A stretch of 64,000 nt of DNA. It comes from Brevinematales bacterium. Lineage in GTDB: Bacteria > Spirochaetota > Brevinematia > Brevinematales > JAOACQ01. This document shows, piece after piece, positions 16,312 to 24,638 of the stretch. The stretch's first letter is position 1. Each line of letters begins with the position of its first letter. Under the pieces are notes generated by a model. The model ran no database searches. It was not told the origin of the DNA and saw only the letters and a program-made list of their open reading frames with translations. The translations under genes were made by a program, and so were the position numbers. Location: assembly GCA_037479045.1 (NCBI GenBank), contig JBBFLL010000002.1, positions 73,108-137,107 of the forward strand, read 5' to 3'.

Positions 16312-16342
16312 ATTATACATCTGGGGGGGGGTGGATTGTCAA
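16312..16342 (-). promoter_or_regulatory. Sigma70-type promoter for the rSAM operon: TTGACA-N19-TATAAT, with the homopolymer tract inside the spacer
   Basis: Revcomp of 16337-16342 (tgtcaa) is TTGACA. Revcomp of 16312-16317 (attata) is TATAAT. The spacer 16318-16336 is 19 nt and includes nine consecutive C on this strand. The rSAM ATG is ~150 nt downstream. Confidence 0.6.
16323..16331. repeat. Homopolymeric G9/C9 tract
   Basis: Nine consecutive G on the + strand in an otherwise extremely AT-rich intergenic region. Confidence 0.95.
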
Positions 16343-16545
16343 GGTTTTTTGGAAAAATTTAAAAATTTTTTATAATTTTTATATTTGAAAAAGTAATTAA
16401 ATTGTTTTATATTAAAATAATTATAAAAAGGAGAATAAATTTAATTTATTATTTTTAAAAAGATTAAATATCTTATAGAGAGAATAGGATATCTTGACTT
16501 AGTTAGATTTAATTTTACCTTTTTAATTTACAGAATAATTGTTAA

Positions 16546-16710
16546 AAAACCCAATACAGATTTTCTGACTACATAACGGCAAATCTTTACGGAAGATTTG
16601 TGTTTAACCAGTATGCAGATGTTGCCCCACTCGAAAATAGTGTTCGCAAAACCTACTTCGATCCAGGTTATGGACTACAGATTGGGATTGACTTAAGAAT
16701 TACCTTCTAA
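16546..16710 (+). pseudogene. Relic of the C-terminal ~54 codons of an outer-membrane beta-barrel protein gene (no start, no N-terminal part)
   Basis: Frame open only from 16546. Translates to KTQYRFSDYITANLYGRFVFNQYADVAPLENSVRKTYFDPGYGLQIGIDLRITF*, with alternating-hydrophobic terminal strands ending in Phe, an OMP C-terminal signature. Locally higher GC than the flanking spacer. The stop codon overlaps the prfA stop convergently. Confidence 0.45.
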
Positions 16711-17768
16711 CCAAGATTTTTGAGTAATTCCTGCTGTTCATTCATAATGCAGGCGTTGATAAGTTCATCACAATCCCCATCAAGAATCAAATCAAGTTTA
16801 TAAAGAGTTAAGTTTATTCTATGGTCTGTAACCCTGTTCTGGGGAAAGTTATATGTTCTTATTTTGTCGGATCTGTCTCCACTTCTGATTGAGGTTTTCC
16901 TTATCTGACTTTGTTCTTCTATTTTTTTCTGCATTTCCATATCAAATAGCTTTGATCTTAAAATTCTTAATGCTGTAGCTCTATTTTGGAGCTGAGATCT
17001 TTCTTCCTGACAGGCAACTACAATGCCAGTGGGGATATGGGTTATTCTGACAGCCGATTCAGTCTTATTAACATACTGTCCACCTGCACCACCAGCTCTG
17101 AAAGTATCAATTTTTAAGTCTTTTGGGTCTATTGCTATGTCAACTTCGTCAACTTCTGGAAGAACAACTACCGAAGCTGTTGAAGTATGAATTCTGCCAC
17201 CTGCTTCAGTTACTGGAATTCTCTGAACTCTGTGAACACCCGATTCATACTTGAGATGTGCATAAACATCTTTACCTTTTATAGAAAAAACTACTTCTTT
17301 ATAGCCGCCGAGTTCTGTTGGATTAAAGTCAAGCACTTCATATTTCCACTTTTTCCTTTCTGCATATCTTGTATACATTCGGAATAAATCTCCAGCAAAG
17401 ATTGCTGCTTCTTCTCCACCAGTTCCAGCCCTTATTTCTACTATAACATTTTTTGTTGCCATTTCATCTTTTGGAAGAAGGAGTAATAAAATTTCATTTT
17501 CAAGCTCTTCCTTTCTTTTCTTTATGTTTTCAATATCTTCTTTTGCTATTTTTTTCAGTTCTTCATCTTCTTCTGAATTGATTAATTCAAATAAGTCTTT
17601 TTCTTCCTTTTCGAGTTTGCCAAATTCTCTATACTTATCAACCAGTTCCTCAAGTTCGCTTCTTTCTTTTGCAACCTTTATGTATTCACTACTACCAGGC
17701 GGTAATTCTGATAGCCTTTTTTCAAGCTCTTCGTATTTCTTGATTAATTCTAAGGCTTTTGGGTGCAT
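16707..17768 (-). CDS. prfA: Peptide chain release factor 1
   Basis: 353 aa. GGQ motif (AGGAGGQYVNKTESAVRITHIPTG), PVT tripeptide (RF1-type PxT) and a typical RF1 N-terminus. Confidence 0.95.
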   Translation of the reverse strand: MHPKALELIKKYEELEKRLSELPPGSSEYIKVAKERSELEELVDKYREFGKLEKEEKDLFELINSEEDEELKKIAKEDIENIKKRKEELENEILLLLLPKDEMATKNVIVEIRAGTGGEEAAIFAGDLFRMYTRYAERKKWKYEVLDFNPTELGGYKEVVFSIKGKDVYAHLKYESGVHRVQRIPVTEAGGRIHTSTASVVVLPEVDEVDIAIDPKDLKIDTFRAGGAGGQYVNKTESAVRITHIPTGIVVACQEERSQLQNRATALRILRSKLFDMEMQKKIEEQSQIRKTSIRSGDRSDKIRTYNFPQNRVTDHRINLTLYKLDLILDGDCDELINACIMNEQQELLKNLG

Positions 17769-17781
17769 ACTATCTCCTTAA

Positions 17782-19506
17782 CTATATAGAAATCTGTATG
17801 TTAAATAGTCTATTGTATATACCTTTTTGTGAAATTAATTCGCTGTGAGTTCCAATTTCAACAATTTTACCGTTTTCTATAACTATTATCTTATCAGCTT
17901 TCATAATTGTTGAAAGTTTATGTGCAATTATTATTGTTGTTTGTTTACCTAAAATTGTTTCCATAGCTTTTTTTATTGATTCTTCAGACTCAGCATCAAG
18001 AGAACTTGTAGCCTCATCAAGTATCAAGATTTTTGGTTTTCTCAATATTGCTCTTGCAAGGGCTATTCTCTGTCTTTCTCCACCTGAAAGTTTGACACCT
18101 CTATCTCCTATCTCAGTTTGATAGCCTTTTTCAAGTTTTGAAATAAAATTGTGTGCGTTAGCAATTTTTGCTGCTTCTATTATTTCTTCCATTGTAGCAT
18201 GAGGGTTTGAGATTTTTATATTTTCTTCTATAGTTCCAGAAAATAGTATATTTTCTTGAGTTACAAGACTTATTTTTTCTCTCAATAAGTGTGTGTCAAT
18301 TGTAAAAATATCCTTTTCATCTATTAATACTTTTCCAGACGTGGGATAGTATAAGCCAAGTATTAAAGAAACTATTGTAGATTTTCCAGCACCACTATGA
18401 CCAACAATTGCTATCGTTTCGCCAGGCTTAATATTAAAATTTATATCTTTTAAAATATAATTATCCCCTTCATAAGCAAAAAAAACATTTTCAAAATCAA
18501 TTTTGCCTTCCAGTTTATTCAATTTAATAAGATTTTCAATTTCTTTTGTTTCATAATCGATAAGCTCAAATATTCTTTTACCAGCAGGTATAAGTTTTTT
18601 TAATACCATAAAAACATCAGTTGATTTACTTAAAGGTTCTGCAAGAAGTAAACAAAGAGTTATAAAACTTATGATTTCAGATGGTGTAGCAAGACCGTTT
18701 TTTACAATTATTGAACCAAAAAATAAAATAATGATTATCCCCAAAGCCCCAAGAAATTCTGATGTGGGTGTCCCAAGAAATCTCACCCTTATTTCTTTTT
18801 TTGTAGAAGATAAATAATCTCTATTTACATTGAAGAATTTGTCTTTCATATTATTTTCTATAGAAAAGCCTTTTATGATTTCAATTCCATATATAGATTC
18901 CTGTATTACAGAAGTGACGTTTGAAATGTTTTTTTGAACTGTTTGACTTAACTTCTGCACAAGTCCCCCAATTCCACCGAGAACTATTGCGATTATTGGA
19001 GTTATAGAAAAGAAATAAAGTGAAAGTTTGAAATTTATGAAGAATAAAATCACTACAACAGCAATTAAAGTAAGTGGCTGTATTAAAAGCTCTACCATTA
19101 CATTCATAAAAAAAACTTCAATTATCTGAACATCATTAATCAACCTTGAGATAATATCACCGAGTTTATTTTTTTTAAAATAAGACATAGGAAGAGATAA
19201 AACTTTTTCATAAACATTCTTTCTTATGTCATGCATAACATTCATTGCAAGTGAAGTAGATGAAACAAAAATAAGATAATGCGATAATACCCACCCAAAC
19301 GCAAGTCCAATAAGGATAAGAATTGATGTTATATCACTACCTTGCAAATTCTTTTCAATAAAGGCTTGAGAAAAATACTTTGTGGCAAAAAAAGCTGCTC
19401 CAACCTTTGCAAAAACAAAAAATAAAGAAAGTATAATAGAAAAAATAAACAAAAATGGATATTTAAATCCATATCCTAAAATTCGCTTTAAAACTTTATT
19501 GTCCAT
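17782..19506 (-). CDS. ABC exporter, fused TMD-NBD, MsbA/lipid A flippase-like
   Basis: 574 aa with 6 TM in the N-terminal half. Walker A GHSGAGKST, signature LSGGERQR, Walker B ILILDEATS. No N-terminal C39 peptidase domain. Confidence 0.85.
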   Translation of the reverse strand: MDNKVLKRILGYGFKYPFLFIFSIILSLFFVFAKVGAAFFATKYFSQAFIEKNLQGSDITSILILIGLAFGWVLSHYLIFVSSTSLAMNVMHDIRKNVYEKVLSLPMSYFKKNKLGDIISRLINDVQIIEVFFMNVMVELLIQPLTLIAVVVILFFINFKLSLYFFSITPIIAIVLGGIGGLVQKLSQTVQKNISNVTSVIQESIYGIEIIKGFSIENNMKDKFFNVNRDYLSSTKKEIRVRFLGTPTSEFLGALGIIIILFFGSIIVKNGLATPSEIISFITLCLLLAEPLSKSTDVFMVLKKLIPAGKRIFELIDYETKEIENLIKLNKLEGKIDFENVFFAYEGDNYILKDINFNIKPGETIAIVGHSGAGKSTIVSLILGLYYPTSGKVLIDEKDIFTIDTHLLREKISLVTQENILFSGTIEENIKISNPHATMEEIIEAAKIANAHNFISKLEKGYQTEIGDRGVKLSGGERQRIALARAILRKPKILILDEATSSLDAESEESIKKAMETILGKQTTIIIAHKLSTIMKADKIIVIENGKIVEIGTHSELISQKGIYNRLFNIQISI

Positions 19507-19514
19507 ATTATTCC

Positions 19515-20597
19515 TTATTTTAAAACTATTATTCCATTTGCACCAGCTAAAACATAGAGTAAATTTTGTGAGTTATCATAAATGATATTATTAGCAAGGT
19601 AATCGCCTTTATGATACTTCTCCAGTTTCAGTCTATTGTTTTTATAACTTAAACTTAAAACTCCATTAATTCCATCTGCTACAAAGATATCATTTCCTTT
19701 CATAAATACAGAATTAGCATCTCCAGCAGTATCATATCTGAAAACGACTTCATTATTCATTCCATTAATGTTATAAAGGCTTATTCCAAGCATTTTATCG
19801 GCTATAAGCAACTTTTTATCCATAATAAAACAATCAGACACACTATTTATATCATTCTTTATTGTAGAAATTACTTTAAAAGAATTTTTCTCGATTTTTC
19901 CAATTATTAAACCTTTATTAAAGGATGGTAAATAAAAATATCCCTTATAAAATTTCATTTTACTGTTTTCTGAAATATTAAATTGATAATTTTTTTCATT
20001 TGAACTATCAACTATATCAAATTCCTTAAGTTCATTTTTTGTCAGAACGTAAAGTTTGTGATTTCCTATACAAAAACTCTTTGGTGATAAAAAATCAACA
20101 AAGAAATAGTTTGTTAATATGACATTGGTATTCTCGACAAATAATACTACAATACCCTTTTTCTCACCAGAGAAAAAAGAAGAAACAAGGTAAATTTGAT
20201 TATTAGTTTCATAAAGCTCTAATGACTTAAGAGAAAATTTAATTTCATTTGTTTCAACTAAAAAATTAGTGATTAAAGTTAAGTTTTCATTTTTATTGAA
20301 TAAACCAAGTCCCTTTTCACCAAAAACTGCATAGAGAAATTTTTTATCAATCACAAAGTCTTCAACATATTCTCCATTTGTTCCAATCCACTGACTGACA
20401 AGTTGAAAACTTTTGACCTGATTTAAAGCCGAACGATCTTCAAGTGCTCTTCTTCCTGAGTTAACGGAAAAAATAAGTATAAAAATCAATATTAACAGAC
20501 CAAAAAAAGATAGTTTAAGAGCAGAAAACTTGAATAAATTAGGATTAATCTTCTTCACCAAAAACCTCAGCTTCAAACTTAAAAATTTTTGCTCCAT
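19515..20597 (-). CDS. Membrane-anchored repeat protein, probable beta-propeller (LVIVD-like repeats)
   Basis: 360 aa with one N-terminal TM. Recurrent motifs GEKGLGLF, KMLGISLYN, GINGVLSL and GANGIIVL. The annotated start overlaps the upstream gene by 53 nt; an internal GTG/TTG start is possible. Confidence 0.4.
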   Translation of the reverse strand: MEQKFLSLKLRFLVKKINPNLFKFSALKLSFFGLLILIFILIFSVNSGRRALEDRSALNQVKSFQLVSQWIGTNGEYVEDFVIDKKFLYAVFGEKGLGLFNKNENLTLITNFLVETNEIKFSLKSLELYETNNQIYLVSSFFSGEKKGIVVLFVENTNVILTNYFFVDFLSPKSFCIGNHKLYVLTKNELKEFDIVDSSNEKNYQFNISENSKMKFYKGYFYLPSFNKGLIIGKIEKNSFKVISTIKNDINSVSDCFIMDKKLLIADKMLGISLYNINGMNNEVVFRYDTAGDANSVFMKGNDIFVADGINGVLSLSYKNNRLKLEKYHKGDYLANNIIYDNSQNLLYVLAGANGIIVLK

Positions 20598-21099
20598 TTT
20601 CCCAGCAATATGTTTCCATTCCAGCTTTTCTGCAGGTTTGATTCAAAAACTCCTCTCTTGTCCACCCATATTCTGTCGCTACCTGAGGCAATAGTAAGCC
20701 TCTGTTAAATCCTCTTTCCATAACTATTCCATGTTTACCTACTTCGATTTCGTTTATATCTTTTACTTCTTCAAGTGGATAGAGAATTGAAATTTCGATC
20801 TTTATGTGCTTAAATTCTTCTTTAGTTAATGGATAAAATCTTGGATCCTTGAATGCCGACTGAATTGCTAAATCTTTAACAGCCTCTCTTAAAGGTTTAA
20901 CTCCCTCGACATAACCTATGCATCCTCTCAGTCTTCCACGAATCGTAAGAGTAACAAACATTCCATAACTTTCCCCAAAAATATCATCACTTAAGTCTGG
21001 GAAATTTTCATCAATTTTCTCATAGAGAGATTTTTTGATTGTTAACCTTGCTGTCTCAATAAGTTTTTTCTTTTGTTCCTCTGTCAATTTTAATTTCAT
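20545..21099 (-). CDS. AMMECR1 domain protein
   Basis: 184 aa. LRGCIGY core motif and overall AMMECR1 pattern. Confidence 0.8.
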   Translation of the reverse strand: MKLKLTEEQKKKLIETARLTIKKSLYEKIDENFPDLSDDIFGESYGMFVTLTIRGRLRGCIGYVEGVKPLREAVKDLAIQSAFKDPRFYPLTKEEFKHIKIEISILYPLEEVKDINEIEVGKHGIVMERGFNRGLLLPQVATEYGWTREEFLNQTCRKAGMETYCWENGAKIFKFEAEVFGEED

Positions 21100-21125
21100 T
21101 AATATCCCCCATAAATTTTTAAATT

Positions 21126-22226
21126 TTATCTCAATTTTAATGTAGTCAATGAAATAAGGGCACAGAGAGCTGAAATTATCCAGAATCTTATCACTACTTG
21201 TGTTTCTTTCCAGCCTTTTTTCTCAAAATGATGATGAATTGGAGCCATCAAAAATATTCTTTTACCTTCCCCAAATTTCTTTTTTGTATATTTAAAATAA
21301 CTTGTTTGTATAACGACAGAGACAGTTTCAAGAACAAACATAAAGCCAGCTATTAAAAGTAAAACCTCTTGTTTTAAAATTATAGCAATTGTGGCAATCA
21401 TACCTCCTATCGCAAGTGAACCAGTATCTCCCATAAAAATTTCTGCAGGATGAACATTATACCATAGAAAAGCAGCGAGCCCTCCAATAAAACTTGCAAG
21501 AATGACAGAAATTTCACCAGCTCCCGGGATATAAATAAACTTAAGATAATCAGAAGCGACAACATTACCGACTACGTAGGCAATTATTCCAAAAGGAATA
21601 ATAAGGAAAATACTCATTCCAGCAGCAAGCCCGTCAAGTCCATCAGAGAGATTTGTAGCGTTAGAAAATGCTACCATTGTAAAAATATAAAAAAACACTC
21701 CAATCAAAAAAGGCCAGTAAAATAAAGGCTTATTATAAAAAGGAATAAAAAAAGAAAAAGAAAACTTTTCAAAAGGATCAAAGTAAAGCAATAAGAGTAT
21801 AATGGCACTTACAATTATCTGAAACAAGAGTTTTAACTTGGCTTTAACTCCCTTTGAATTCTTTTTCGATACTTTGAGAAAATCATCATAAAAACCTATA
21901 GCAGCAAATCCAATTATTGAAAATAATACTACAAAAACATAATAGTTATAAATAGTCCATAAGAGAGAAGATAAAATTACAGAAATAATTATAAATATTC
22001 CTCCCATTGTAGGAGTTCCAGACTTTACTTGATGAGTAGAGGGACCATCTTCTCTAATAGATTGTCCTGCACCCATTTCTTTGAATTTTTTTATAAAAAT
22101 TGGCCCTAAAATCATGCCAATTATAAAAGCTGTAAGAAAGGCAGCCATAGAACGAAAAGTTATATACCTTAATAAATTAAATAAAATAAATTTATGTCTT
22201 AATTCAAAAAAAAGGATATAAAGCAT
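21126..22226 (-). CDS. mraY: Phospho-N-acetylmuramoyl-pentapeptide transferase
   Basis: 366 aa, polytopic. Motifs NATNLSDGLDGLA, MGDTGSLAIGG and APIHHHFE. Confidence 0.95.
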   Translation of the reverse strand: MLYILFFELRHKFILFNLLRYITFRSMAAFLTAFIIGMILGPIFIKKFKEMGAGQSIREDGPSTHQVKSGTPTMGGIFIIISVILSSLLWTIYNYYVFVVLFSIIGFAAIGFYDDFLKVSKKNSKGVKAKLKLLFQIIVSAIILLLLYFDPFEKFSFSFFIPFYNKPLFYWPFLIGVFFYIFTMVAFSNATNLSDGLDGLAAGMSIFLIIPFGIIAYVVGNVVASDYLKFIYIPGAGEISVILASFIGGLAAFLWYNVHPAEIFMGDTGSLAIGGMIATIAIILKQEVLLLIAGFMFVLETVSVVIQTSYFKYTKKKFGEGKRIFLMAPIHHHFEKKGWKETQVVIRFWIISALCALISLTTLKLR

Positions 22227-22291
22227 AAAAAAACTCCCCTAAATAGTTAACTAATATTATAAATTATATAAAGTAAATTGTCCAGAATAAA

Positions 22292-23512
22292 TTAAGCCTC
22301 TTTTTCTTTCTTTGATAAGGTTTTAATAAGAGCTGAGAGCTCTGCCTTTGTTTCTTCATCATCAATATAAAATTCAAAAGCTACATTAAGCCCTGCATTA
22401 TCACCAGAAACATAATGATAACGAACAACTCTTGATTTAATATTTATAGTTTTTTCTTTATAATTTATTGACAAAACAACAACAGAATTTTCTTTAATAT
22501 AATGTGTTATGTAAACATTTTTAGTATTAGCAAGTATTCCTCCCATTGATAAATCAATTACGTTAAACATTACATCTGCATTTTCGGAAGTAGACTGGGT
22601 TTTAACTATTACTTCCCCAACGATATCTGCAAGACCCTTAATATAAAATATTTCGTATATACTTAACTGCTTATACTTTGGATCATTTGGAACAGAAACT
22701 TCTATAACTCCAAAAACTCTATCGCCAATTATAATTGGAACCATAGCATAAGAAATGATGCCCTTTGATATATAAGTTTGTCTTATTTGTTCAAGAACTT
22801 GAGGATTAACTTTTTTTCCAATAAGATCAAAATATTTTTCATAACCAACGACACCATATTTTTCACCGAGATGAACATAATTTGATAAATTTTCGGTATC
22901 ACCAATCCAGAAAGTCTTTTTATAAATATTTACAACATTTTCAATAGGAGTTAACTTTGATAAATCCTTAAAAAGATTTATCTTGAATCTATTCGAGAAC
23001 CTTGAAAGCTCTTCACCTATCATTTTTATAATCTTTTTTATATCTGGTTTTTCATTTTGAACTTCAAGATATATCCCCCTTAATGTAGCTGGCAATTCTG
23101 CAAGATTCACACTTGTTTGTTTTGAAACCTCGGTTGTCTCAATGTTTTTTATGAATACCTTTATTTCATCAAGACCTTCGATTCTTGGATATTTTCTTAC
23201 GGAATGGAAAAAGAGTTTCTCTGGTAAATTGACTTCTATACTTTTAAGAGGAACATTAACAAGCCTTACCATAACATTCTCAGAATTATAAAAATTATTG
23301 TTAAGATCAAAAGAAATTTTTACATTTTTTATTGGTATAATTTCTGGAACATCATCATAAAATAAACCAAGAAGTGATGGGTCAGCCTTAGTTATAAAAG
23401 CTTCAAGACTGAATTTTTTCTCTTCATTTTCAAGTTTAACTTTAACTCTATTAAGTCTTAATTTGTTAAAAAGAGAAACAATTTCATTTCTCTGAGCTAT
23501 TTCTTTCTCCAC
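22292..23512 (-). CDS. PilZ-like domain protein with a central GAF-like region
   Basis: 406 aa. The C-terminal domain has DLSMGG (the DxSxxG PilZ motif), but I see no RxxxR motif upstream of it. Confidence 0.4.
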   Translation of the reverse strand: MEKEIAQRNEIVSLFNKLRLNRVKVKLENEEKKFSLEAFITKADPSLLGLFYDDVPEIIPIKNVKISFDLNNNFYNSENVMVRLVNVPLKSIEVNLPEKLFFHSVRKYPRIEGLDEIKVFIKNIETTEVSKQTSVNLAELPATLRGIYLEVQNEKPDIKKIIKMIGEELSRFSNRFKINLFKDLSKLTPIENVVNIYKKTFWIGDTENLSNYVHLGEKYGVVGYEKYFDLIGKKVNPQVLEQIRQTYISKGIISYAMVPIIIGDRVFGVIEVSVPNDPKYKQLSIYEIFYIKGLADIVGEVIVKTQSTSENADVMFNVIDLSMGGILANTKNVYITHYIKENSVVVLSINYKEKTINIKSRVVRYHYVSGDNAGLNVAFEFYIDDEETKAELSALIKTLSKKEKEA

Positions 23513-23514
23513 AA

Positions 23515-24501
23515 CTACTCCTTAGATATTATCTTATAAAATAAAACATTCCCCTTTTGTGTTCCTATTATCAGCATCTTATATTTATTACTCTTTTCAA
23601 AGTAAAAAACTGCACTACCAACACTATATTTTTTTAAAACATTTTTACTTTTTAAATCATATATATATATATCGCCATCTCTACCACCAGAAATTAAAAA
23701 ATTCTGGTCTATAAACTTAGCAACCAGAACCTCACTTAAATGTTCTCTGAATTTAACATAAGGAAAATCAAGGTTATCAATTTTATGAACTATAACATAT
23801 CCAAAATTATCAGCAAAAAGAAAATAATTATTATCGGAAGAAAAATTAACAAATTCGACTGGATAATCATTGGTTATTATTTTCTTTATAGATAAATCTG
23901 GAAAAGAAAAAATGATAACTTCTTTAGTTGAAGAACCAGAGATTGCAAGAAAGCCAGAACTACTTATATGAGTGTTCCATACTTCTCCCTTTGTTATCTT
24001 TTGTTCTTTTATTAAATTAAGTCCAGGAATACTCCATACCTTAACAAATCCGTCTGCTCCACCACTGAAAATATATTTATTATCACTTGAAACTGCTATT
24101 GACTGAACGCCTTTAAGATGTGCTAATTTTTTAGAGATAACTTTATAGTTTTCAGAATTTAAAATTATAAGTTCTTCATAGGCTCCAACTACAAGATATT
24201 TCCCATTTTGAGTATATTTGACTGGAATTCCCCATTTGCCTCTGAAACTAAATACAATATTGGTGATCAAGATAGATTTTTCATAGTCCCAGATAGAAAT
24301 TGAATTATCAGCACTTCCTGCGACGATATAATTCTTATAAGCATCAATATAAAAGACATAATCTTTGTGTTTAAAACCATTTTTTTCAAATTCAATATCA
24401 AAATTTTGAGTTTCAAAGAGAACTTCATTTTTTACAACAGTTTTATTTTCTGTACAGGAAAATAGAAAAAAAGTAAGTAATATATTAATAATTAATAACA
24501 T
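23515..24501 (-). CDS. WD40/beta-propeller repeat lipoprotein-like protein
   Basis: 328 aa. N-terminal LLTFFLFSC lipobox-like sequence. Repeats GSADNSISIWD, GGADGFVKVWS and GGRDGDIYIYD. Confidence 0.7.
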   Translation of the reverse strand: MLLIINILLTFFLFSCTENKTVVKNEVLFETQNFDIEFEKNGFKHKDYVFYIDAYKNYIVAGSADNSISIWDYEKSILITNIVFSFRGKWGIPVKYTQNGKYLVVGAYEELIILNSENYKVISKKLAHLKGVQSIAVSSDNKYIFSGGADGFVKVWSIPGLNLIKEQKITKGEVWNTHISSSGFLAISGSSTKEVIIFSFPDLSIKKIITNDYPVEFVNFSSDNNYFLFADNFGYVIVHKIDNLDFPYVKFREHLSEVLVAKFIDQNFLISGGRDGDIYIYDLKSKNVLKKYSVGSAVFYFEKSNKYKMLIIGTQKGNVLFYKIISKE

Positions 24502-24638
24502 ACAAAATTACCTTACTTGAATAAAAACAATAAGGGATAGAGTGATCTCAAATAAAAATTTTTTAAGACAACTCCATCCCTGCAAGAGAGGCACAAATTT
24601 TAAAGTTTTATCTGCCTCATTAAAATTAACGAAAAATA

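Noticed and set aside
16260-16400. A/T palindromes such as AAATTTTTTATAAAAATTTTTT, and a plus-strand TATAAT (16371-16376) near a TTGTCA (16336-16341).
   Set aside because: This is low-complexity A/T sequence in which palindromes and TATAAT-like words arise by chance. The plus-strand -35/-10 pair is 29 nt apart, which is non-functional spacing. Only the minus-strand TTGACA-N19-TATAAT arrangement is geometrically plausible.
20545-20597. A 53-nt overlap between the AMMECR1 gene's 3' end and the start of the beta-propeller gene, as a possible programmed feature.
   Set aside because: This is more simply explained by an over-extended start call. In-frame TTG/GTG codons (for example GTG at 20558-20556) would reduce the overlap to ~14 nt.
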